Shown here: positions 36,699 through 46,186 of the stretch, in pieces
How positions within the stretch are numbered: position 1 is the stretch's first letter
How the letters are laid out: every line of letters begins with the position of its first letter
Assembly (NCBI GenBank): GCA_965248695.1
Contig: CBDFKD010000002.1
Span: forward strand, 1,120,001 to 1,184,000
Source: Acidobacteriota bacterium
GTDB taxonomy: Bacteria > Acidobacteriota > UBA890 > WLXD01
Length of the DNA: 64,000 nucleotides
Direction of reading: 5' to 3'
The notes under the pieces: generated by a model
The model's input: the letters and a program-made list of their open reading frames with translations, nothing else
The model's database searches: none
What the model was told of the DNA's origin: nothing
Translations under genes and position numbers: made by a program

Positions 36699-37187
36699 CT
36701 AGCCGGACTCCGTCCCCTCGGCACCGTCGTCGCGGAGCTTTCTGAAGAACGCGCGCAGAATCTCGCCGCATTCGTCGTCGTGTGTCGCGTGGTGCACCTC
36801 ACGCAGGTGCGGCGCTAGCGCCGGATCGGGGAGCTGGATAGCGGAGCCACAGGCGCCGAGGCGTGGATCCCGTGCACCGTAGACGAGGCATTCGACGCGG
36901 GCCAGGATGATGGCGCCCAGGCACATCGAGCAGGGCTCCAGCGTTACCACCAGTGTCGAGCCATCGAGGCGCCAGTCGCCGGCGATACGGCCAGCCTCTC
37001 GCAGCGCCAGAATCTCGGCGTGTGCCGACGGGTCATCGAGCTGTTCGGTGCGGTTGTGGCCGACCGCGATGAGCTCGCCGCCGCGCAACACAACGGCGCC
37101 GACCGGCACCTCGCCCTCCTCCTCCGCCTCGTTCGCCTGCACGATCGCCAGGCGCATCCACGCGTCGATGTCGAGGTGGCTCGTCAT
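36699..37187 (-). CDS. tadA: tRNA adenosine(34) deaminase
   Basis: GEVPVGAV, DPSAHAEI, WRL, TLEPCSMC, YGARDP, CGS, LRAFF. Confidence 0.9.
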   Translation of the reverse strand: MTSHLDIDAWMRLAIVQANEAEEEGEVPVGAVVLRGGELIAVGHNRTEQLDDPSAHAEILALREAGRIAGDWRLDGSTLVVTLEPCSMCLGAIILARVECLVYGARDPRLGACGSAIQLPDPALAPHLREVHHATHDDECGEILRAFFRKLRDDGAEGTESG

Positions 37188-37233
37188 GCGGAGCAGACCA
37201 TCAGACTTCCCCGCGGTCTGCTGGAGAATGAGG

Positions 37234-37307
37234 CGCGCCCCGGAGGACTCGAACCTCCAACCTCCTGGTCCGTAGCCAGACGCTCTGTCCAATTGAGCTA
37301 GGGGCGC
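37234..37307 (-). tRNA. tRNA-Arg(ACG)
   Basis: GCGCCCC/GGGGCGC acceptor stem, TAGCTCAATTGGA D arm, TCTGG-CT-ACG-GA-CCAGG anticodon arm, GGTTCGAGTCC. Confidence 0.95.
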
Positions 37308-37446
37308 ACCTGAATAACGCTCGAACCGAGTCGGCAAGCATAGCACCGTGGTTTTGGGCCGGCAAAACGTGTTCGCCTACCGTCTGCCGGCTGCGGTGGT
37401 GAGTTGCCCGGGCCCTGCTAAGCTAAGCACAGGGGGTGGGTTCAAG

Positions 37447-38271
37447 ATGCGATCAAGACTCTTGATCTGCTTGCTCGCCGTGGTGGTGTCGGCGGCAGCG
37501 CCGGCGCAGTCCGAGCTCGACACACGGCTACGTATGGCAGTGTCCAAGCTCGAGCAGGGCGACGCGATACACGCTCTCCTCGACCTCGAGGCCATCCTCG
37601 CCCGCGACGATCGCTACTGGCCGGCGTATTACCACCTGGGGCGCACGCAGGTACAGCTGGGCGATGATCTCGGCGCCAAGGGTTCGTTCCTCCGCGCCGC
37701 GGAGCTCAACCCCGGCCTGCCGGAGTTGCACTACCTCATCGCCACCGTGGGATGGCAGCTGGCCGACTTCGAGGTCGCCTGGACGCATGGAATCGCGGCC
37801 ATCCAGGCTGGCTACGATCAGCGCCTTGTCGAGCAGGTGTTCAAGGAGCTACGGCACTATTCCGACGAGCCGGCCGATCTGGCGCGGCGTCTGGCGGCAC
37901 CTCGCGTGGTGGTGCTCGAACCCGCAGACAATGCCGACGGTGCCGATGGGGGTGGCCGCGACGCCGCGCTAGCGGCGGTAGCGCGCGAGCTGCGAACGGC
38001 GATTTTCCGCTCGCTGGAGCTGGCCTCGGTGCAAGACGCCGGCCTGGCCGGGTATCGAGTCGAGCTCGAGCACCGTGATCCTGAGCCATCCGACGAGCTC
38101 CCGGTGCCCGGTGTCACCACATCTTCATTCGGTGTGGTGCTTGTCGCCGTGGCCGATGGCGCGCAGCTTGCCGACTATGTCGTGCATCTCGCCGGCGCGC
38201 CGGACGAGCCGCAGTCGATGTTCGAGATCAGCCATCTGGTTGCAAAGTTCGAGACGGTCATCGATCGCTAG
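37447..38271 (+). CDS. Exported TPR protein
   Basis: Signal peptide, AYYHLGR...FLRAAELNP TPR. Confidence 0.75.
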   Translation: MRSRLLICLLAVVVSAAAPAQSELDTRLRMAVSKLEQGDAIHALLDLEAILARDDRYWPAYYHLGRTQVQLGDDLGAKGSFLRAAELNPGLPELHYLIATVGWQLADFEVAWTHGIAAIQAGYDQRLVEQVFKELRHYSDEPADLARRLAAPRVVVLEPADNADGADGGGRDAALAAVARELRTAIFRSLELASVQDAGLAGYRVELEHRDPEPSDELPVPGVTTSSFGVVLVAVADGAQLADYVVHLAGAPDEPQSMFEISHLVAKFETVIDR

Positions 38272-38310
38272 CCGGTCAGATCGACCGGCCAGTCCCGCAG
38301 GAGCCCAGCG

Positions 38311-39654
38311 GTGAGCACCGAGCCATACGCCACGCTGATTCGCGGCGGCACTTTGATCCTCCCGGACGGCGATACCGGCGTCCGCGCCGCGCCTGGCGAT
38401 CTGTTGATGGAAGGCGACCGGATCAGCCGCTTGGGAGTGGTCGACACCCCGCCCGAAGGTGCTCGTGTCATCTACGCCAGCGGCTGCGCCGTGCTGCCGG
38501 GCTTCGTACAGACGCACGTGCACCTCTGCCAGACGTTGTTTCGCGGCACCGCCGACGAGCTGCCGCTGCTGTCCTGGTTGCGCGAGCGCATCTGGCCGCT
38601 CGAGGCGGCGCACACTCCGCAGTCGATTCGCGCCAGTGCCCGGCTGGCGGTGGCGGAGTTGCTGCTCAGCGGTACGACGGCGGTCCAGACGATGGAGTCG
38701 GTGCACCATACCGGCGTCGTCATCGAGGTGCTGGCGGAGTCCGGAATGTTCGCGGTCACCGGCAAGTGCCTGATGGACGATCCCGCAACCTGTCCGCCGG
38801 AGCTACTCCAGCCCACCGAGACGGCGCTGCGCGAGGCGGTCGATCTTGCGGAATGGTGGGACGGAACGGCGCATGGACGTATCCGGATATGTCTCGCCCC
38901 GCGCTTTGCGGTGAGTTGCACAGACGCGTGCATGAGCGAGGTGGGCGAGCTGGCGTTGGCGGGCGGGTGGCGAGTGCACACGCACGCCTCGGAGAACCGC
39001 GACGAGGTGACGCTGGTCGAGCAACGGACGGGTCGGCGCAACGTCGGCTACCTCCACGACGTCGGCATCGCCGGCTCGCACGTGGGTCTGGCCCACTGCA
39101 TCTGGGTGGACGACGACGAGGTCGATACGCTGGCCCGCACGGGCACCCACGTGCTGCACTGCCCCGGCAGCAACTGCATGCTGGGCTCCGGCATCGCCCC
39201 CGTACCTCTCTTGCTGGAGCGTGGCATAGGCGTGAGCCTCGGTGCAGACGGCGCCGCTTGCAACAACACACTCGACATGTTCCGCGAGATGCGGCTGGCG
39301 ACGATGCTGCAGAAATCGGTGCACGGCCCGCTCGCCCTGCCTGCCTCGACGTTGCTCGACATGGCCACTCGTCGTGGCGCCGAAGCGCTCGGCTGGGGAA
39401 GGGAGATGGGCGCCCTCGTGCCTGGTTCGATCGCCAACGTCGTCCTCGTCAGCCTCGACGGCACTCACGCCACTCCGGCACCCGACCCACTCTCGACGCT
39501 GGTGTACTGCTGCCGGAGTGCCGACATCCGTGCCGTGTGGCTTGCCGGCGAGCAGGTAGTCTCCGAGGGTCGTCTGTCGCTGTGGGACGAGGAGGAGATC
39601 CGACGCGAGGCGCATCTCGAGGCACGAGCGCTGGTGGTACGGGCCGGCGTATGA
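38311..39654 (+). CDS. Amidohydrolase, 5'-deoxyadenosine/methylthioadenosine deaminase-like
   Basis: PGFVQTHVHLCQTLFRG, HTHASE, AHCIW, HCPGSN, LGADGAACNN. Confidence 0.88.
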   Translation: MSTEPYATLIRGGTLILPDGDTGVRAAPGDLLMEGDRISRLGVVDTPPEGARVIYASGCAVLPGFVQTHVHLCQTLFRGTADELPLLSWLRERIWPLEAAHTPQSIRASARLAVAELLLSGTTAVQTMESVHHTGVVIEVLAESGMFAVTGKCLMDDPATCPPELLQPTETALREAVDLAEWWDGTAHGRIRICLAPRFAVSCTDACMSEVGELALAGGWRVHTHASENRDEVTLVEQRTGRRNVGYLHDVGIAGSHVGLAHCIWVDDDEVDTLARTGTHVLHCPGSNCMLGSGIAPVPLLLERGIGVSLGADGAACNNTLDMFREMRLATMLQKSVHGPLALPASTLLDMATRRGAEALGWGREMGALVPGSIANVVLVSLDGTHATPAPDPLSTLVYCCRSADIRAVWLAGEQVVSEGRLSLWDEEEIRREAHLEARALVVRAGV

Positions 39655-39777
39655 CGCCGGGTCGGAGGAGGAGGCCGAGCGCGATCTTCTAGGACCCGCT
39701 GCCCCGAGCGTCGCGATCTAGCTCTGCGGACCCACGACGGGGAAAGCCTCCCGCGAGTCTCTCGTATGCGGATCCGG

Positions 39778-42126
39778 CTAGGGCGGTTGCTCGAGGCTCC
39801 GTATCAACTCCAGCGCCTGGGGATCCTGGGGCGACAGGGCGAGTAGCCGTCGTGCGTACCCAATCGCGCGCTCCCGGTCGCCGGCGTCGCGCGCGAAGGT
39901 TGCCAGGGCGACCAGGATGTCGCGATCGCTCGGGAATCGCTCGTGGGCTGCTTCTAGCACCTCCAGCGCACCTTCGACGTCGCCGGACGAGTGCACACCG
40001 ACACCGAGCACGTAGGCATAGCGAGCGACACTCGGTGCCAGCTCGGCAGCGCGCTGCAAAGGAGCGAGAGCGTCGCCCTGGCGTTGCTGCCGTACCAGCG
40101 TCAGCCCGAGGCTGTGGTGAAGGGTGGCCTCCTCGGGCAGTAGCTCGATGGCGCCACGGAGGACGCGCTCACCTTCGCTGTCACGTCCCTGGGCGCGGTA
40201 CAAGTCGGCGAGGTTGAGATAGGCAGGGGCGAATGTCGGGTCGAGCCGGAGCGCCTGCCGATAGTGGCCTTCCGAACCAGATGCATCGCTGCGCACGAGG
40301 GCCAGCCAGCCCAGGTTCGTTTGCCCCTCAGGACTGTCGGCGTGAAACGACTGGGTGCGCTCGTACTCCGCCAGCGCTTGCTGCAGCGCCGACCGGTATT
40401 CCGCCGGTATCGCCTCGGACGGAATCGGGCCGAGAGCATATGCGGCGGCGAGACGAGTGGAGAGGTTCGGGTCGCGCAGCATCGGTGCCAGAACGCCGGC
40501 GATGGCACGTTGGTCAAGGCCTCCAAGCGCAGCAACCGCGGCGCGGCGCACCAGCGGCTCGCGGTCGCGGAGCGCTTCCTGCACAGAACCGAATGACGCC
40601 TGTGTCAGGAACGGTGCCAGCAGCTCGAGGGCGGTGGCTCGCACGATCGCCGGGCTTTCTACGTTGTTCACCACTTGCAGGAGGCGCGGCTCCGACTCTC
40701 GATGGCCGGCGCGTGCTCCGGAGATCGCCGCCGCCCAGGTGGGGCCGCGCCTTCGTTCGTCCCCGTACAAGCGGCGGATCGCCGCGGACGCCCACGCCGC
40801 GCCTTCAGCGGCATGGCACGAGTCGCAGGCGTTGGGAACTCCGAGCGCGACGCTCTGGTCTGGCCGCGGAATACGGAAGCTGTGGTCTCGGCGGGGGTCG
40901 ACGACCATGTAGGTACTGGCCGGCATGTGGCACGAAACGCACCCGGCGGCCTCGGTGCCGATCTGGTGGAAGTGATGCTCCGGCGTGTCGAATGTAGCCG
41001 CCAGGTGACACTGGTTGCACAGCGCGTTGCCCTGAGCGTACACCCGCAGGCTGTGCGGTTCGTGGCAGTCGCTGCAGGTGACGCCGGCCTCGTACATGCG
41101 ACTCTGTACGAACGAGCCGTAGACGAACACTTCGTTGAGGATCTGCCCGTCGGCGTGATAGAGCCCGTCTTCCAGAAGCGCGATTCGGTGGGTATCAGCC
41201 AGAGGCGCGCCGAATTCGTAGTTGTCGGCCAGAGTGCCGCGGCGTGCGTGGCAGCGTCCGCACGTCTCGACCTCGGGCTGTGAGTCGCGCGCCGGTGTGC
41301 GGGTCGCCAGGCTGGTTGTCGCGTCGATGGTCCATGTCGGATTGCCATTGCTCAGGTCCACCACGAGCTGCGTCGCGGTGGCGTCGAGCTCACCAGCAGC
41401 CGGCTCGGCGTCGTCTTCGGCCGCGTCCGCCCATGCTGCGTGCCGCGATCCGGGGCCGTGACATGCCTCGCAGGAAACGTCGATCTCCGAGAAGGTGGTC
41501 TCGTAGCGCTGCTCGTCGGCGACGTAGCGCTTCTCGAGGTTGGTGGAGTGGCACTCGGCGCACATCCGGTTCCAGTTCTGGCTGACTCCGGTCCAATGCA
41601 GCGGATCGCCGGGCTTCAGAACCTGGTCCGGGTATAGGTCGAACCAGCGCTGCCCTCCAGAGGTCGCCGGCCGGCTATCCCAGGCGACACCGAGCGCCTG
41701 GTAGCGCCCCCCGGGCAAACCCACCAGGTACTGCTGCAGCGGCTCGACACCGAACGTGAACGCGATCGGGTAGTCGGTGAGCTCTCCGCCCGGACCTACT
41801 GTGCGCACCGAGTAGTTGTCTCCGACGCGAGAGAAACGGGTTTCCGTCCCGTCATGGACGAATGAGGCGTCGTTGAAGTCGCCGAGCACCGTGTCGGCAG
41901 AGACGTGCTGCATGGCGCGATCATGGTGCGAGCCGGTCCACTGGTCGTTCTGGCGCGCGTGGCACCCGGTGCAACGGGCGCGCCCGACGAAGGTTGCCGG
42001 GGATGGTTCCGGCGCGTCGCGGCTGACGGACGCCGGTTCCTCGACGCCGAAACCGCAAGCCGCGCACGCCAGGACAACTCCGATGACAATGGCGCTGCGC
42101 TCGGCAGATAGCTTGTCGTGTGACAT
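39778..42126 (-). CDS. Octaheme cytochrome c fused to HEAT and TPR repeats
   Basis: Eight CxxCH (CTGCH, CAECH, CEACH, CGRCH, CSDCH, CNQCH, CVSCH, CDSCH), RRDHSFRIPRP, C-terminal TPRs. Confidence 0.9.
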   Translation of the reverse strand: MSHDKLSAERSAIVIGVVLACAACGFGVEEPASVSRDAPEPSPATFVGRARCTGCHARQNDQWTGSHHDRAMQHVSADTVLGDFNDASFVHDGTETRFSRVGDNYSVRTVGPGGELTDYPIAFTFGVEPLQQYLVGLPGGRYQALGVAWDSRPATSGGQRWFDLYPDQVLKPGDPLHWTGVSQNWNRMCAECHSTNLEKRYVADEQRYETTFSEIDVSCEACHGPGSRHAAWADAAEDDAEPAAGELDATATQLVVDLSNGNPTWTIDATTSLATRTPARDSQPEVETCGRCHARRGTLADNYEFGAPLADTHRIALLEDGLYHADGQILNEVFVYGSFVQSRMYEAGVTCSDCHEPHSLRVYAQGNALCNQCHLAATFDTPEHHFHQIGTEAAGCVSCHMPASTYMVVDPRRDHSFRIPRPDQSVALGVPNACDSCHAAEGAAWASAAIRRLYGDERRRGPTWAAAISGARAGHRESEPRLLQVVNNVESPAIVRATALELLAPFLTQASFGSVQEALRDREPLVRRAAVAALGGLDQRAIAGVLAPMLRDPNLSTRLAAAYALGPIPSEAIPAEYRSALQQALAEYERTQSFHADSPEGQTNLGWLALVRSDASGSEGHYRQALRLDPTFAPAYLNLADLYRAQGRDSEGERVLRGAIELLPEEATLHHSLGLTLVRQQRQGDALAPLQRAAELAPSVARYAYVLGVGVHSSGDVEGALEVLEAAHERFPSDRDILVALATFARDAGDRERAIGYARRLLALSPQDPQALELIRSLEQPP

Positions 42127-42167
42127 TGTTCGGCTAGCCTAGACCACACACCGAGATCGACGCGTCG

Positions 42168-42638
42168 ATGGGGCCGATGAACATATCGCCGGTTGCGACT
42201 CTGCTGCGGGACCCACTGGCACACTTTCTGATCGCGGGCGCGGCGCTGTTCGGGCTGGTGACGCTGTTGGGCGACGAGAGCGCCAGCTCGAACGGGGCTA
42301 TCGTGGTCACCGCGCGAGATACCGGAGGCCTCGCCGAAGCATGGGAGCAGCAGTGGCAGCGACCCCCGACGGAGGCGGAGTTGCTCGGCCAGATCCGGGC
42401 CCATGTGCGCATCGAGATGCTGTATCGAGAGGCGCTCGCCATCGGCCTGGACGAGAACGACTCGGTGATCCGTAGACGGCTCGCACAGCGAATGCAGTTC
42501 GTCCTCGAGGCGGATTCCGACACCGGAGAAGAAGATCCGTTTGCCGCGCTTCTGCGTCGCTACGATGTGACAATCGAGGACGAGCGCCTGCAGGAGCTGT
42601 TCGCCGAGTCGGGCGCGACGGCGGATGCGCCCCGGTGA
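42168..42638 (+). CDS. Short peptidylprolyl isomerase-like partner of HupE/UreJ, lacking the rotamase core
   Basis: LLRDPLAHFLIAGAALF, WQRPPT, LYREALAIGLDENDSVIRRRLAQRMQF, then directly LLRRYDVTIE. Confidence 0.65.
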   Translation: MGPMNISPVATLLRDPLAHFLIAGAALFGLVTLLGDESASSNGAIVVTARDTGGLAEAWEQQWQRPPTEAELLGQIRAHVRIEMLYREALAIGLDENDSVIRRRLAQRMQFVLEADSDTGEEDPFAALLRRYDVTIEDERLQELFAESGATADAPR

Positions 42639-43642
42639 GAGCCGGGAGCACCGGCCGCTCTTGGGCAGTGACGCTCGGCGCGCTGACCCTGTTGTCGGGC
42701 GCCGCCGAGCCGGCGGTGGCGCACGAGCTATGGCCCGAGTACCTGCAGATCCGCCAGACCGCGCCCGGCGCCTACAACGTGCTGTGGAAAGTGCCGATTC
42801 AGGATCTTCCGCTGGGCCTGGCGCCGATATTCCCCGCCATCTGCCGTCCATCGAGTGAGACGCTCGTCACCCGTACGCCGATCGCTCGGGTCGAGCGCTG
42901 GACGGTCGAGTGTGAGGGCGGACTCGAGGGCAGGACCGTTGCGGTTGAGGGTCTGGCGGACGCCAGCGCCGAAGTTCTGGTGCGCATCGAAGATGCGGGT
43001 GGCGTCCGAACGGTGATGTTGCGACCGCCGAACCCGTCGCTGGTGGTCAGTGCGGCGCCCTCCACGACAGAGGTGGCGAGGACGTACGCCAGACTGGGAG
43101 TGGAGCACATCCTTGCAGGAATTGATCACCTGCTGTTCGTACTTGCGTTGCTGCTGCTGGTGGAGAGCCGCTGGCTGTTGGTGAAGACGATCACCGCGTT
43201 CACCGTTGCCCACAGCCTTACGCTGGGGCTGGCCACGCTGGGCTTTGTGCAGGTCCCGGCGAGCGCCGTCGAGTCCATCATCGCGCTCAGCATCGTGTTC
43301 GTTGCAGCTGAGTTGGTGCGCGCGGCCCGCGGTGATGCCACCCTGACGGTGCGTTATCCGTGGGTCGCCGCCTTCGGCTTCGGGTTGCTGCACGGACTCG
43401 GCTTCGCCGGTGCGCTCGTCGAGCTTGGCCTGCCGCAAGGGGATATCCCCGTAGCCTTGTTGTTCTTCAACGTCGGTGTCGAGATCGGCCAACTGTTGTT
43501 CGTCGGGATGCTGTTGGCGCTTGCCGCGCTCGCCACGCGCATCCATGTTGGCTTGCCCCGGTGGGCCGCGGCGCTGCCACCGTACGCGATCGGTATCGTC
43601 GCGGCGTACTGGTTCGTCGAGCGATTCGCAACGATCTTCTGA
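42635..43642 (+). CDS. HupE/UreJ family membrane protein
   Basis: LGVEHILAGIDHLLF, TAFTVAHSLTL, FGLLHGLGFA, FNVGVEIGQ. Confidence 0.9.
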   Translation: MRAGSTGRSWAVTLGALTLLSGAAEPAVAHELWPEYLQIRQTAPGAYNVLWKVPIQDLPLGLAPIFPAICRPSSETLVTRTPIARVERWTVECEGGLEGRTVAVEGLADASAEVLVRIEDAGGVRTVMLRPPNPSLVVSAAPSTTEVARTYARLGVEHILAGIDHLLFVLALLLLVESRWLLVKTITAFTVAHSLTLGLATLGFVQVPASAVESIIALSIVFVAAELVRAARGDATLTVRYPWVAAFGFGLLHGLGFAGALVELGLPQGDIPVALLFFNVGVEIGQLLFVGMLLALAALATRIHVGLPRWAAALPPYAIGIVAAYWFVERFATIF

Positions 43643-43653
43643 TCGAGTCGCTG

Positions 43654-44877
43654 CTACCAGTCGAACGACACCCGCCACTGGTATATGGACGTCGGGTCGG
43701 TACCGAGATCGGTGATGTCGGCGTGTGTGTAGTTGAACATCAGCCGCACGTTCGGGTTCCAGTACCAGTTCAGGCCGGCGGTGAAGGCAGCGAGCTCGCC
43801 GATGCCTGACGCGGTGCCCTCGCTGAGGTCGGCACGGGCGTAGCGGGCGGCGATCTCCCAGGCGCCGGAGCCACCGTCGCCGACGAAGTTGCTGTTGGGT
43901 CTCAGTCGGTCGAATCGGGTTCCGGTGTACGGCCGCGACTCCCCGGTCAGAAAGTAGCTTCCCTGCACGTACCAGCCGTTGAGCGACGGGTCGTCGAGCT
44001 GCACCGATTTGACCGACGCGTGCACATACTCGCCCTGGAGGCCCAGCGAGCCGATGTTGGCGGAGACCTCTCCCTGGAAGTAATCGGCCGAGGTTGCCGG
44101 AACCGATAGCTGCACGAGCTTCGGTGCCGTGTGGACATCCGGTCGCAGATCGAGGTTCAGGTTCCCGTCGATGAACTTGTGGGTGTAGGCGGCGCCCAGA
44201 TGCAGCATCCGGCGTCCGCAGTCCTCCAGGATCGGAGCGTGCGTTACTCGGGCGGTCAGGTTGTAGTCATCGCCCACCGCGCCGGCGAAGCCGTCGGTCT
44301 CGCGAAACACTCCAGCGGCCCAGCTGGTGCGGCCGTCGATGAGCTTCTCCAGGCGCACACCGAAGTTGCGATCGGGGGAGAAGACGATCGCAAGCGACCG
44401 CTCCATGAAGGTGATGAAGCGGCTGCTGGTCTGTTCCTCGATGCTCCATGGTTCTTTCTGGTGCCCGAACCGCAGCGTCATCGGCAGGTTGCGGACCCCC
44501 AGGTAGGCGTCCTTGATATCGGCCTCCCCGCCGGCGAAGTCGAGCTCCACCTTGTAGTCGACGCTGTCGTACATGCGACCCTGCACGTGCAGCCGGGCGC
44601 GCCGCGCCTCGCTGGAGTTCTCGAGCTTGCCGAAGACGCCGCCGAAGGCGTCCTCGTCGGCGAAGAACGCAGTGTCGAGATGCAGACGTCCCCCGACGCG
44701 GATCTGGATCGGCGGTTCATCCTGGGCGGCCGTCTTTGCCTCCGGCTCGGCCGGGGTTGACGAGTCGGTCGCTTCGGGCGCAGGCAGCACAGGCTTTTGT
44801 GCCAGAGCGTGGCCAGCGTGCAGGAGCGCCAGGGCTGTCGCTGCGAGGCTGAGGATACGGTGGAGCGGTCGTCTCAC
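43654..44877 (-). CDS. Phosphate-selective porin O/P family
   Basis: RRARL, KDAY, TSSRFITFMERS, WYVQGSYFLTGE, GAWEIAARY, GLNWY. Confidence 0.88.
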   Translation of the reverse strand: MRRPLHRILSLAATALALLHAGHALAQKPVLPAPEATDSSTPAEPEAKTAAQDEPPIQIRVGGRLHLDTAFFADEDAFGGVFGKLENSSEARRARLHVQGRMYDSVDYKVELDFAGGEADIKDAYLGVRNLPMTLRFGHQKEPWSIEEQTSSRFITFMERSLAIVFSPDRNFGVRLEKLIDGRTSWAAGVFRETDGFAGAVGDDYNLTARVTHAPILEDCGRRMLHLGAAYTHKFIDGNLNLDLRPDVHTAPKLVQLSVPATSADYFQGEVSANIGSLGLQGEYVHASVKSVQLDDPSLNGWYVQGSYFLTGESRPYTGTRFDRLRPNSNFVGDGGSGAWEIAARYARADLSEGTASGIGELAAFTAGLNWYWNPNVRLMFNYTHADITDLGTDPTSIYQWRVSFDW

Positions 44878-44991
44878 ACTGGATCTCGTCGGCTCTTTGG
44901 GGCGCTAGCGCACGCGCCGCCGGCCCCGAATCGGTGTTGCCCTTGCACTTCGCTAATCCAGCGACAATGAACCAGGGCGAAGCAAAGGGTG

Positions 44992-45019
44992 TGTTAACGG
45001 CTCGTCAAGGGAATATTAG
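44992..45019 (-). promoter_or_regulatory. Possible Pho-box-like 11-bp direct repeats upstream of the porin
   Basis: Minus strand CTAATA-N5-TTGACG-N5-TTAACA, exact 11-bp period in a locally AT-rich patch. Confidence 0.4.
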
Positions 45020-45107
45020 AGGTTCATCCCGCGCCGCGACGGTCGTGCGACGTCCTGCCAGACGGCTGCTAGTCTAGGGCGGGCGTCCCCCTCCTGCCCG
45101 AGCCCGT

Positions 45108-46091
45108 ATGACGTTCTTGTCGCTTGTCTTCGGCCTCGTCGTCCTGTCATTGGGCGCCGAGGCGCTAGTAAAGGGAGCATCCCGCATCGCCGTCTCCCTG
45201 CGCGTCTCGTCGCTCGTCATCGGTCTGACCGTGGTTGCGTTCGGGACCTCGATGCCTGAGATGGTTGCCGGTGGGGTGGCCGCCTGGAACGGCAACACCG
45301 ACATCGTTCTTGGCAACGTGTTCGGTAGCAACATCGCCAACATCGGTTTGATTCTGGGCATCTCCGCCTTGCTGCGGGCCATCCCGGTACAACGGCAGAC
45401 ACTGGTGCGTGAGTTGCCGTTGATGCTGATGGCCACCGCCGCCGTCTACTGGCTGGCCGGAAGGGGCGAGATCGGGCGCGGAGCAGGGGTTGTGCTGGTC
45501 GCAGCGCTGGTGGTGTTCACTTGGCTGGCGCTGCGCTGGGCCCGTCAGGAGACTGACGCTGCGGATGCAGCAAGAACCCTGGTGCAACCTTCTACGGCGC
45601 CATCGGACGGCTCCACTGATTCCGATTCCTCGGACAACGCTCGGAGTCAACTAGCAGTCGAGTGTGCTCGGGTGGTTGCCGGGTTGGTTGGTCTCGGCGT
45701 CGGCGCCCAGCTGCTGGTCACGTCGGCGGTCCTGCTCGCGCGTCAGTACGGCATCAGCGAGTTCGTCATCTCGGTGAGCATGGTGGCGCTGGGAACGTCG
45801 TTGCCTGAGTTGGCGACGTCGGTGGTGGCGGTGTTTCGGGGCCAGACCGACGTGCTAGTGGGCAACATCGTTGGTAGCAACATCTTCAATCTGCTCGGCG
45901 CGCTCGGAGTGGCCGCCATGATTCGCCCGTTGCCGGTGGCGCCGGAGATCGTCGCGTTCGATCTGCCGCTCGTGTTCGTGTTCAGCGTTGCCATGAGCCT
46001 CGGCCTGGGCCTGCACCGCGCTCTAGTGCGGTGGGAGGGAGCGGTGTTGCTCGTCGGCTACCTCGTGTACGTCGGCCGGCTGTTCGTCTAG
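45108..46091 (+). CDS. Ca2+/Na+ antiporter (YrbG-like, CaCA family)
   Basis: Two alpha repeats: GTSMPE...GNVFGSNIAN and GTSLPE...GNIVGSNIFN. Confidence 0.92.
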   Translation: MTFLSLVFGLVVLSLGAEALVKGASRIAVSLRVSSLVIGLTVVAFGTSMPEMVAGGVAAWNGNTDIVLGNVFGSNIANIGLILGISALLRAIPVQRQTLVRELPLMLMATAAVYWLAGRGEIGRGAGVVLVAALVVFTWLALRWARQETDAADAARTLVQPSTAPSDGSTDSDSSDNARSQLAVECARVVAGLVGLGVGAQLLVTSAVLLARQYGISEFVISVSMVALGTSLPELATSVVAVFRGQTDVLVGNIVGSNIFNLLGALGVAAMIRPLPVAPEIVAFDLPLVFVFSVAMSLGLGLHRALVRWEGAVLLVGYLVYVGRLFV

Positions 46092-46186
46092 GTGAGGGAG
46101 GCGCTGCCGGGAACCGTGGAGCACAACGGCAGCCTGGATTATTGTGGGACCCTGTCAGTCTTACTCTGAGGACCCCTGGAGGACTC

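Noticed and set aside
26104-37307. Integrative element bounded by the two tRNA genes
   Set aside because: No integrase, no duplicated tRNA 3' end noticed, no obvious compositional shift.
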